Source: Ginkgo biloba (lineage: Eukaryota; Plantae; Ginkgophyta). From it: DNA of 34,332 nt. A model generated the notes under the pieces. The model worked only from the letters and a program-made list of their open reading frames with translations, ran no database searches and was not told the DNA's origin. Positions within the stretch are counted from its first letter, which is position 1. Each line of letters begins with the position of its first letter. The stretch covers positions 96,621,736 to 96,656,067 of the forward strand of contig JANKJI020000002.1 of the NCBI GenBank assembly GCA_024626585.2, given 5' to 3'. This document shows, piece after piece, positions 1-9,732 of this stretch. The position numbers and the translations under genes are program-made.

Positions 1-791
1 TAGCATTAGGAGGGGGAGATGGATGCTCACTAGTTGATTGATAATCGAGTGGAGTGTTAACTTAGGGTGAAATAGGGTTATACTATAGAATAGACCTTCA
101 ATTCCCATCTACGAAATTATATTTAGGAGGGAGGCATTATTTTCTATTAGAGTAACATACACCACTCTAGGGTTCAGGATGTGAATGAGATTACATGGAG
201 ATATCAAGGGGATCAAAATAAATTAGTAAAAGGAATAAATAGAAAGGTTATTTTAAGACCCTGAACCAAACCTAACGTTGACCGAGTTGTTGGATGATAA
301 TCTAAATGTGAAGTGGTTGGAGTCAAGGCTCTTAAAAAAATTGAACAAGAAACTTTTGGCAATCATCACTTATCTAATCCCTATGAGATACTAGAAATAA
401 TCTCTAAGGTACCTCACTCAAAAGTAATACACTACACTACTGAGATGGCCTCCCCCAATGTATGTACTGACCTAATCATAAAACCACCCACTATAAAATT
501 AGGGTAAATCCATAAGGAATTAGAGAAAATAAAGACTCTAATGCCCCTAATAATAGCTATGGGTTCACATCACTACCTAAACCCTATAGGACATGCATAC
601 AATCATCCCATTTTGTTAGACAAGGGTAATGGGGTTTTAACTTGATATGAAATAATAATTAACCTTGCTAAGTTAATTATTATTCACTTAATAAAGTTAT
701 TTAATTATTTAATAGAATCCAAGTTAATTGAATAATCAATTATGATTAGATAGTTAATTAATTCCTAGTCCACATTAGAAAAGAGGTTACA
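1..791. mobile_element. Possible LTR-retrotransposon LTR remnant
   Basis: Purine tract aggagggggaga (8-19) is followed by TG. At the other end the minus strand starts tgtaacctc at 791. Non-coding and AT-rich in between. Only terminal motifs support this and no paired LTR was found. Confidence 0.25.
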
Positions 792-2293
792 CACTCCTCA
801 ACCATTCATTTAGACTAAGAAACATGCATGAGTCCGCACACTTTAATTACCATTAATTTATAATAGGTCATTATCATGCATGCACACTTATTTTTTCACC
901 ATTCGCCTAGGACAAGTCATGTCATAAGTGATAGTGATAGATTTAGTATATTCCTCTATTAGATTAGGGTTTCTAAGTTAGTATTTTAGAAAGTCTAATA
1001 AATAATGTAATGAGAAGAATTATCATAACTAATGGAGATAATTCTCATGCATATCTTAATAAGAAAGTTGGAATAAGAGATTTCTTGGAATTTGTTATTT
1101 AATTCTCATATGTATTTTGTAAATCTTTGTGCATATCTTATTATTCTCTTCATTGATTTAATATTGTGTGAGCCCATACTCATTCATAAGTCTTCCACTT
1201 TAAATACAAGGGGATTTAATACTACCCTTTTCCATTTGGCCTCACATCATTATGGCCTCAGGAAGCTGGCTTCTAAGAACCATAAAGAATATAAGAAAAT
1301 GCCATCGTGAAAAATTATCATTGTGAGAAAATGCACTATTGTAAACTCGTGAAATTGTGCCAAAAGTTGTGACACTTTTCCCATCATACATTTTGATTTT
1401 CAACCCTATTTTGATCACAAGTTTCAACCCTACACCTAAACTTATAAAATTTATAAAAAAATGCAGGAATACAAAATGAACAACCACCTTTCTAAAAGTT
1501 GAAATACACTGTTATGATAACGAAATGGAAAGTTATCCAAAGGAATATAAATTTTCCTAAAATATAATTTGAATGAGATTATTTTTGGAGGATATTTCTT
1601 AGGTTCTTGTAATTCTTTTTCTAGAGACATAAAAACAGAGCTANNNNNNNNNNNNNNNNNNNNNNNNNNNNNNNNNNNNNNNNNNNNNNNNNNNNNNNNN
1701 NNNNNNNNNNNNNNNNNNNNNNNNNNNNNNNNNNNNNNNNNNNTCCCTTCAATATAAATTTGACTCTGCCCTTCAAATTGGATCATTGGATGCATCATTC
1801 ACAGTGTCAAAGTCACGTGCTATGTCTCTTAAATAATATGCAATGCCTTCACCATCACTAATGACTTAACCATACAATCACCATGGAATGATGCATAATG
1901 GTCGATGTGAAGCATCATGGATAATCAACTAACCATACTACCCAAAAATGCAAACACAACATTCCTTGTACCCTATGCATGAAACACTTCAATGAATTTT
2001 TGCATAACATTTAGCAACCTCCCATAATGATTATGTAATTCTTTTCACATGTCTTAATATGGTTTTAACTCATTGACATATGCACCCAAAAATCAAATCT
2101 CTTCGTAAATTTCATACTAACTAGGAGTTTTGTATACCTTTGAGTATCTAGCCATTCATGCTTTACCACTTTGAAGGCGACTTCCAACTACCCATTAAAC
2201 TAAATTAAAATAAAAAATTGAAATCTCTTTGCTTCACACTAAATTCTGTTACCTGACTTTGTTAAGAATAATTTCAAATAGCATGTGTTAATT

Positions 2294-2402
2294 CACACAT
2301 TTTTTTATTGTTTATTAAAGTACCTTGAAAGATATTTTAAGAAAATTTAATGTGCCATAGTCAATCTACTCTACCTTAGATATAGAATAGTGTGAAGTGG
2401 CC
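2294..2402 (+). repeat. ~110-bp dispersed direct repeat, distal copy (partner at 3389-3498)
   Basis: cacacatttttttattg...atttaatgtgccatagtcaatctactcta...gtgtgaagtggcc aligns colinearly with the copy at 3389-3498. Confidence 0.85.
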
Positions 2403-2452
2403 CTTAAAAAGAGAGATTTAGGTGAACTTCATTTTCATACACAATTTGATAT

Positions 2453-2493
2453 GAGAGAGAGAGAGATTGATTGATTGATTGATTGATTGATTG
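2453..2493 (+). repeat. Compound microsatellite (GA)7(TTGA)6TTG
   Basis: Read directly from the sequence. Confidence 0.97.
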
Positions 2494-3388
2494 TATAAAT
2501 AATTGTAAGGCATAAACCATAGATGCATTTGGCTTATTATTAATAGTTTATAGAGGTGAATAGATTTAAGAATATAATTTATTTTTTTAATTAAAAATAT
2601 GATTCATTATTACGAAAAAGAAAATCATTAAGATATAAATATAATTTATAAAAAGATAAGGGCAAAAAGTGCCTCCGAAAAAAATAATGTAAGGAGGATT
2701 ACCATATTAGGATTAGAATCCCATTGTTTGTTGATAGCAACAATCTAGGTGGGGTCTATGGCAAGCATTTCAAGTTTTGTTGGGTTAGGGGTTGGGTGCA
2801 TAGCAACCATGTGTGTGGGGTCTATGCTTGGAGTTATGAGATTTGTCAGTGGCATGTCATGACTTCAATTGAAATGTAGTAGTGAGTTCATAACTCCATG
2901 GGATAACCTTCCTTGCTAGATGAGTTTTTTGTCACTAACCTCACATATAGTAACTAGTGACCTCACAAAAAGAAGTTATTTTGTAAGTTGTACAAAGTTT
3001 TGGATTGTTTCCATATACATTATCGTTCCAAATACCTACTAATGACATGTTAGTATAGGAATTGATTTTTGGTTAGTGTGACACTATGTAACGAATAAAA
3101 GATTTTTTCTTTAGGTTTTCACATATGGTTTCTAAGAATGTGAACAAATAGTAAATTTTATTATAATTTTCTAAAAAAAGTATGATAAATATTCCAAGTT
3201 TGATTTGCTCATATGATATGATGTGGCTAGTAATGTTTCCTTGTTGCCTTAGCATATTTATTTTTAAAAAATTATTTACACGCCACTTNNNNNNNNNNNN
3301 NNNNNNNNNNNNNNNNNNNNNNNNNNNNNNNNNNNNNNNNNNNNNNNNNNNNNNNNNNNNNNNNNNNNNNNNNNNNNNNNNNNNNNNN

Positions 3389-3498
3389 CACACAATTTTT
3401 TGTTATTTCTTAAAATATCTTAAAAAAATACTTTAAAAAGATTTAATGCGCCATAGTTAATCTACTCTAGTAGATAGTAGATAGAGTGCGAAGTGGCC
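3389..3498 (+). repeat. ~110-bp dispersed direct repeat, gene-proximal copy (starts at a gap edge)
   Basis: cacacaattttttgtta...atttaatgcgccatagttaatctactcta...gtgcgaagtggcc matches 2294-2402. Confidence 0.85.
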
Positions 3499-3698
3499 AT
3501 GATTAATAATCAAATATACCATTTAGGTAAAGCCAATATTCGTCATAGGCAAATGTCTTCCGATAAGAATACGGGGTTTGATGAGTTCAAAATTTTCATA
3601 CATTTTCAAATTTTTAGTGCAAATAATTTATCCAAAGAATAAAATCAAAGCAATTCGAATAGCAGACAGAAGTTGCATTGCATGCTTGATCATTGGCA

Positions 3699-3902
3699 AT
3701 GGACTCCACATCCACATCATTGGAAAAGAGTGATGAACGGTCAGTTCTGTTTGAATACCAACTGCAAATCTTCTTCTTCATTAATGAGAAACTCGATGAA
3801 TTGAATGTTGATTTGTTTCTATCCATAAAAACAGAGCAATCCATCCTCTTTTCCATTCATTCATTTCGTGCAAGGGAATTCCTTCTCAGGAAAAATGCAT
3901 AG
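3699..3902 (+). promoter_or_regulatory. Candidate upstream ORF (67 aa, MDSTSTSLEK...LLRKNA*) ahead of the KASH-like gene
   Basis: ATG at 3699 in gcaATGg context, TAG at 3900-3902. It is a uORF only if transcription starts upstream of 3699, which is unknown. Confidence 0.3.
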
Positions 3903-3914
3903 AGTGAATGAATG
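3854..3914 (+). promoter_or_regulatory. Stem-loop (19-position stem, 23-nt loop) in the presumed 5' leader
   Basis: cattcattcatttcgtgca (3854-3872) pairs with tgcatagagtgaatgaatg (3896-3914): 15 Watson-Crick pairs, 3 G:U pairs, 1 mismatch. Confidence 0.55.
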
Positions 3915-3931
3915 AAGTTCTGAAACCCCGG

Positions 3932-4090
3932 GTGAGTAATTTGAATAGAAAATTTGGGTAGTCCAACTTAATCTTGTCGCCTTTAATTATGCTTTAGTTT
4001 TGGGCTCTTGAGGATTATGTGTAGAGATTCCTGCGCTCTGGAAAACTGGGCTGTGTTGTTATTTGATTTGTTTGTGTATTTCTTCCATAG
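3932..4090 (+). other. Probable 5'UTR intron (159 nt) of the KASH-like gene
   Basis: Consensus donor G|GTGAGT at 3932, U-rich interior, acceptor ttttgtgtatttcttccatag-type tract ending in AG at 4089-4090. An in-frame TGA at 4103-4105 precedes the ATG at 4193, so the upstream exon is non-coding for this frame. Confidence 0.6.
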
Positions 4091-4192
4091 ACGCTTTCAA
4101 ACTGAATAATCATACTTCTTAAACCTCGCCTGAATCTGCGATGTTGTGGCCCTTTGCAACATTGTATTGTATGGGAGAATCTGTCAAGTCCA

Positions 4193-4537
4193 ATGGAAGA
4201 AGCGATGAAGAGAATGCATTTGGAGCTGACGCACGGAAGGCATAGGTGGCATAGACCCCTTGAGCGCAGTTGGAAAGCTTTTAGGAAGCACAGGAGATGC
4301 AGCTCATATTGTTCTGATGGGTCTGAGCAGGGTTCCAATTCATATGAAAATGCTTCTGAAAACCAATGTTACATGTCTCCTCCAATCATAAATAAGGAAC
4401 GCTGTGAGAAGGAACATGCCCACAAGGAGGAAGCACATGACGTGGGCTGTTGTCATGGGAGCATGGGCTGTTGTCATGGGAGCTCTGATATGTCATGTGA
4501 TTCACAGTGTACCCCCTTGGAAGCTGCTCTTAATCAG
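4193..4537 (+). CDS. Coding exon 1 (115 aa) of a putative plant KASH-domain outer nuclear membrane protein
   Basis: First in-frame ATG at 4193 (ccaATGg). Open frame MEEAMKRMHLELTHGRHRWHRPLERSWK...CTPLEAALNQ ends at donor CAG|GTAATG (phase 0), which matches the phase of the acceptor at 7897. Confidence 0.8.
4443..4483 (+). repeat. In-frame 21-nt-period tandem duplication encoding GCCHGS-M-GCCHGS
   Basis: tgggctgttgtcatgggagc occurs identically at 4443-4462 and 4464-4483. Confidence 0.95.
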
Positions 4538-5096
4538 GTAATGATTAATGCTAATATTTCCTTTCTTATGTGGGCACTTGTGTTGATTTAAAATTCAAGA
4601 ACAATTATCAAATCCCAATTTGAGATCAATTGGTGGTTATCAGAGGCTATGTGAACTGTACTGTAAGTCCTGTGGTGTATTCTACGATGATCTACTAATT
4701 CACATGAAACCCTTTTTTTGTTTTAAGGATGCCAGGGTTCTTTTCCGAGGGATGAGGGTTTTTTTTTCTGTATTTTTTCCCCCCTATTTTTTTTTTTCAA
4801 TTTTGAAGGACAATATTTGGGCTCAACGTAGGGTCTATCACTAATCTATGCTGTCAATCTATGCCCTCCCATGCCAAAGATTAAATTAAAAAATAAGTTG
4901 AAATCAGTATTTTACAACTTGGGGATGGAGTATCTTTGCCTGGGAACATTGGCCTCAACTCTTTGCCATTGTTTTCTGAACAGGGTAACATTTCAGAACC
5001 TGTAATCTCACCTTGTAAGCGAGTTCCCTGTGACTTAATTCATATATTTGTCTTCGATTGAAACCAATTTGTGGAGGTTAAATCTGGGTGGCTGGT

Positions 5097-5704
5097 ATTA
5101 TGTCATTTTTGGATCTGAAATTAGACTAAGTGAACCAAGATCCATATGAATGGATAAGACAAGGATGGTTGGGTTCATATAGACCCCACTTAGACTTTAA
5201 GGAAAACCAAGCTACTTTTTTAGCTAAATTCCAATGCAACCCATTTCCTCTAATTTGATCATCTATATCTTCAATCGTGTTGAAATACCCACATAGAATC
5301 CAACATGTGATAGGGATCTTGTTTCTTAACCACTAGTAGAGTTAGGCCCTTTTATCATGTAAGTTGGATGCATAAATGTTTATTATACCCATGGTGCTTC
5401 CTCTAATATGGTATTGAATCCATATCACTCTATTGGCAGGGTCACGACTCCAATAAATAACACATTTTTAAAGAGAGGGATCTAGAATGGTTTCAGCTCC
5501 ACCTCTTCCCTCCTGATGATTAGAGAAAAAAATTACCCCCCTTAGCCAATTAGCATTGAGGGTGGTGAAAAGTATAAATCCTTTAACCTTAACTTCCTAT
5601 AATAAAATCATTAGAACCTTTTTTTCAAACTTTAATATCTTTACTAAGATTTTTTCTTATGGGTTAGCAATCCCATGCATGTTCTGACTAATTAACTTAA
5701 TCAT
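5097..5704 (-). mobile_element. Decayed L1-type LINE ORF2 endonuclease (EEP/APE-like) fragment, antisense within the intron
   Basis: Minus-strand translation gives MIKLISQNMHGIANP*, ILL*EVK, GIINIYASN, WILCGYFNTIE and WFT*SNFR. These match LINE endonuclease motifs SWNVRG, LQETK, NIYAP, GDFN and FTWSN in the right order. Several stops; truncated near 5097. Confidence 0.85.
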
Positions 5705-6880
5705 TAATAAAGTGAAGGAAATTAATAGTCCATGGTTCCCTGCTCATCTTTCCCTAGGTTCACTAACACTTGATATAGGTTTTATAAAGATTCTATAGTC
5801 TCTCTCATCTTATTATACATGGTATAATATTGATTGAGGTTTTTTCCTACATTGGCACCTTTGACCACTTGTGAGAGTAACATTGTTTAGGATTCTAGGG
5901 GTGGTGGAGGGGAGAAATGGAAAATCTTATTTTTACCCTAGGGTTTTGGGATATGCTTCTCTCTAGTAGAATGATTCTTAGTATAAGGGACATCCCAAGG
6001 GACCGTATGGGACTTGGATGGCTATTCCTTGGGAGATACATTCTTCATTGATGTATTACTTTGTGTAGGTTGACTTGCAAGCATGTTAGTTTTGCTTGAA
6101 GAGCATTTATTCTTGGACTTTAAAACTTGCCAACCATCTTCTAACAAGGTATCAACAAGATATTTAGACCCATTATTACTTTTGTTTTTAGATAGTTCAT
6201 TCGTCGGAGTATGATATGGGGTTGGTGGACCACTTTTGGATATCAGAGGATAATATTTGATCATGTGTTTAGAACTCTAGTAGTGAAAACATGTATTAGG
6301 AATGTGCATNNNNNNNNNNNNNNNNNNNNNNNNNNNNNNNNNNNNNNNNNNNNNNNNNNNNNNNNNNNNNNNNNNNNNNNNNNNNNNNNNNNNNNNNNNN
6401 NNNNNNNNNCCTTAGAGGGATAATAAAGTATGTTTGGTGGAGAATAGTGAGGAATTTGGTAGCAGAACCACCTATATAGGTAGCCACATTCAAAAGGAAG
6501 AATAAAGAGAGGTTTTGGTGTGAAGACTGATATAATTATTGATAGAGGCAACTAGATGGATTTGCTTAAAATCCTCCAAGAGGGAGATTGTGGTATATTC
6601 TTTTGAGGTTAAACCCCAGTNNNNNNNNNNNNNNNNNNNNNNNNNNNNNNNNNNNNNNNNNNNNNNNNNNNNNNNNNNNNNNNNNNNNNNNNNNNNNNNN
6701 NNNNNTTCCTCCATGTGTTTTATGTATGTTTTTTGGTTGTGTGGGTTTGATGATAACATACCCTTGAAGGGTAGGGCCATCGCATAAGGGACAAAGAGAG
6801 ATGCCCCATTTGTATCCTAAGGAGTGACTAGAGTTAGAGGAATTAGGGAGACAACTGCATCATTTGGCATCAAATCCATG
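5705..6880 (-). mobile_element. Possible ORF1 remnant of the same intronic LINE
   Basis: Lies directly upstream of the ORF2 start on the minus strand and contains LLEDGWQVLKSKNK, resembling the GW..V..K motif in plant LINE ORF1 C-termini. Heavily decayed and split by two gaps. Confidence 0.4.
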
Positions 6881-7079
6881 TCTAAGGCTTATGAAGGAAT
6901 TGGTTGAGGAAAGTTAAGGAAATATTAAATTTTTTTTGGTGGAATAAAAGATGAATTAAGAATGGTAAGGAGAGTATTTGAACGAGGGTTGATAAAAACC
7001 AATAGAGAGTTATAATTCCTAAGAAAAGATTTTGCAGAGTTGGATAAAGAAAGAGAGAGGTAAGTAAAAGAGGAGTAGA

Positions 7080-7882
7080 TTCAAGCCATAATGGAAAAGC
7101 TACGCACATTATGCACTCCGAAGGGGAAGACATCTCCCAATAGGAAGGAGGAGGTGGAAAAGGTCAAAGTAGGCAGAGATGAGATGTTGGGGTCTATGGT
7201 GAAGGCATTTCTAAAGAGGAGAGGAGAAAATATTTCAATAAGGAAGAAGAGAGAGGATTAGAATATCCTATGGAGAATGTTCAAGTGATGAGAAGTCCTA
7301 TGTGAAGGATAGAAAGAGAAAGAACCCATATAAGGACCAGGTGAAGAGGAACTAGAGATAGTTCTGTGTGAACTAGAACCTAGAGAGAGTGTGGAATAAA
7401 TGGCATATGATGAGGAGACTTTGAATGAGACTGTGAAAAGGAAAAGTAAGGTGGAGGATGGTGAGATCCCATGTGCGGAACGAGAATTTGATGATGAGAT
7501 TTTGGATGAAGTAGTGAAAATACTTCTTAAGGAACCATACGAAGGATAAGGTGATGAGTTGAATGGGGTTTTGTGTGAATAACCAAATAAAATATTAAAT
7601 GAGATGAAAAATATGTGGCCATGTGATGAGGTCCCACATGAGGGATAGAATGAGGAATTTAGGATGTTTAGATCCCATCCATATCTAAATTTTATGGTTG
7701 TTGAAATAGAGGTTGAAGTGAAGGAAATGATAGATGTTTCCCATGATGGTGATGAGGTGCTCCTAGATAGAGCGCATAGTGAGAAGATGCATATTGGTAG
7801 TGTATATAAGGAAGAAGGCATAAATATCCTTGAAAAAGTATTAATTTTTTCTGATTATTTTGTAGGTGATGATGATTTATAG
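7080..7882 (+). mobile_element. Decayed Glu/Asp-rich reading frame, probably TE-derived
   Basis: Strongly purine-rich stretch reading EETLNETVKRKSKVEDGEIPCAEREFDDEILDEVVK...FVGDDDL* with scattered stops. No diagnostic domain recognised. Confidence 0.35.
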
Positions 7883-7897
7883 TGTTGATCTTTTCAG

Positions 7898-8608
7898 AAC
7901 TTCAAATCCCCAATGACAGTTGATGACTTCCATATGTTCAACACTTCACCAAGGACACTTGTCCGGTCACTGCAGCAGCAGTTCTCTCCTGAGTCTGAGA
8001 AAGTGAAGAAGCAAGCCAAAGAAAGATGTGCAGATGCTGGGTATGATCCAATTTGGAGTATCAGAAACAACCCCATTGCTAGCGATACAGATGACGAATT
8101 AAGGGCAAGAAAACAAGGACTGGCAAATGTTGCCTGCAGGGGTAGAATGTTGTTCTCAGACCTGGAAAGTGTGGTTAATGGGGATTTGGAGAGAAGGAAA
8201 GCTCAAGCGGGAGACCCTGACGAGCTGAGTTCTCCATGGTCATCCACTGTTGAAAAAGTTGGATTTACTTCATCAGCTTCTTCCAATATCCCTTTTCCTG
8301 AAATTACAGATAAGCAGGAAGAGTTACCCATCATCAATATGCAGACTGTGGCTGTTAAAGGAAATCCTGGGGTTAACTGCAGGAAAGAAGAAATCACGCA
8401 AAAGGATGTGGATTCAGTGGAAGTTTTATCCATATATTCTGAATTCAAAGAGGCAAGTGCATCCGGTGGTGGATGGGCGAAAGCATGGAGCTTAATGGAC
8501 TTCATTCTGAGGGGATCCCTATATGTTGTACTGCTTGTTCCTGCAGCTATGGTGGCAATTAAGACATTTACATGTCAAGAAAAATACCATATTTTGGTTC
8601 CTACTTAA
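7898..8608 (+). CDS. Coding exon 2 (236 aa + stop) of a putative plant KASH protein; TM helix ~8501-8560, luminal tail 8561-8605 ending LVPT
   Basis: Acceptor ttttcag| at 7897, then an uninterrupted 711-nt frame. C-terminus FILRGSLYVVLLVPAAMVAI-KTFTCQEKYHILVPT*. A TM helix, a short tail and a terminal hydrophobic-V-P-T are the established plant KASH signature (Arabidopsis WIP and SINE proteins). Confidence 0.88.
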   Translation, partial: NFKSPMTVDDFHMFNTSPRTLVRSLQQQFSPESEKVKKQAKERCADAGYDPIWSIRNNPIASDTDDELRARKQGLANVACRGRMLFSDLESVVNGDLERRKAQAGDPDELSSPWSSTVEKVGFTSSASSNIPFPEITDKQEELPIINMQTVAVKGNPGVNCRKEEITQKDVDSVEVLSIYSEFKEASASGGGWAKAWSLMDFILRGSLYVVLLVPAAMVAIKTFTCQEKYHILVPT

Positions 8609-9732
8609 TCTAGTCCTCTTCTCAGTTCAAATCCCCAGATTCAGTCTTGAATATAGTTCTTATTGGATACAGGGTGCTGGCAATGCTTCTTTCAAGTGAG
8701 ATCTGTAGTTTGGTTTGGATATGTTTCATCAGGCCTTCTGCTCTGTGTGATCCTGTGAGGGGTAGTGGTATGGGACTGTGTAAGGAACAGTTTTCAGCTG
8801 TCAATATAGAAATTATTTCAGACAAGAGTGGAACAATGCATGTAGTGAATTATAAAATAATTAAATTCTTCTTTGATACTTCTGTTTGTTTGAAAGAAAT
8901 GGTGGGTTTAGTGGATGGTTGGTTGGTTTATCATAATTCTCTGATAATGCACAATATCATAGTATGCCTGAGATATATTTGGGTGGTGTTGATTAATAAG
9001 TTTCATTGGACTTCCAGTGTAATGCGTAATTCAGTGATGCATTTACGATTAATTCTCCTTTTTTAAATTTTTATGGTTCGAGTTAGCGAGTATGTGCTAT
9101 AATTATTGAAGCACACTCTTGAATTGGCTCCAAATATCATAGGGAGGGGGTATTCTGTTTTATGGTTGAATGAAGGCCAAGAATATGATCTGTGCAACTA
9201 ATGCAATTTTATGGTAACAATTTTATCATAGTTTTTAACTGTTTTAAGTGACTATGGTATTCACTACTTAAGTAGTTTTGTATTGTACAACCAATTAGTA
9301 GTGTCTCCCATACGTAGGGCTTAGAGTATCCACTTCTCAATTAATTTCTCTTTCTCTAGCCAATCACGTGTTTATTTTTCTTAAATATGTTCTTCTCTTA
9401 AGTTGTCACAATATCAAAAAATGAATTACTTATTTTCTCCAAAAACTATATCATTTTTAATCTCTAGTTTGATTTGTTGTTGGAAAATATTCTTAATTTT
9501 TTTGTACTATTATTATGATTTTTTTTAAATATTTATTAAAATCTAAAAAAAATCAAAGGAGGATTGCTTTAGTTTAACAACCCTAAATCTCACCTAGTTT
9601 GACTTCAATGGAAACTATGTCCTTCCCCATTATGGGGGAAATCCCTTCATCCCTGACTCAAAATTTTAATCTTCAAAATAAGATTGTTGTTGCAAAAAAA
9701 TCATTCATGCTTTTGAAGCTCATAAACGATAT

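Larger units (their letters stand above)
4538..7897 (+). other. GT-AG phase-0 intron (nominally 3360 nt, contains two gaps) expanded by TE remnants
   Basis: GTAATG...ttgatcttttCAG. Splicing joins ...LEAALNQ to NFKSPMTVDDF... in frame. Additional small exons hidden in the gaps cannot be excluded. Confidence 0.75.

Noticed and set aside
1744-2190. Possible decayed plant-mobile-domain or transposon frame on the - strand
   Set aside because: Coding-like composition but many stops and no motif I can match with confidence.
4538-4591. Read-through of exon 1 into the intron giving a hydrophobic tail (VMINANISFLMWALVLI*)
   Set aside because: U-rich intron starts commonly translate as hydrophobic residues. 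The donor is canonical and there is no evidence of intron retention.
7258-7821. 187-aa Ser-rich - strand ORF
   Set aside because: Antisense shadow of a GA-rich decayed frame. Pyrimidine-rich strands lack stops by composition, and no domain is recognisable.
8647-9066. 139-aa hydrophobic + strand ORF just after the KASH stop
   Set aside because: Starts at TTG, lies in the U/G-rich presumed 3'UTR, and has no recognisable motif.
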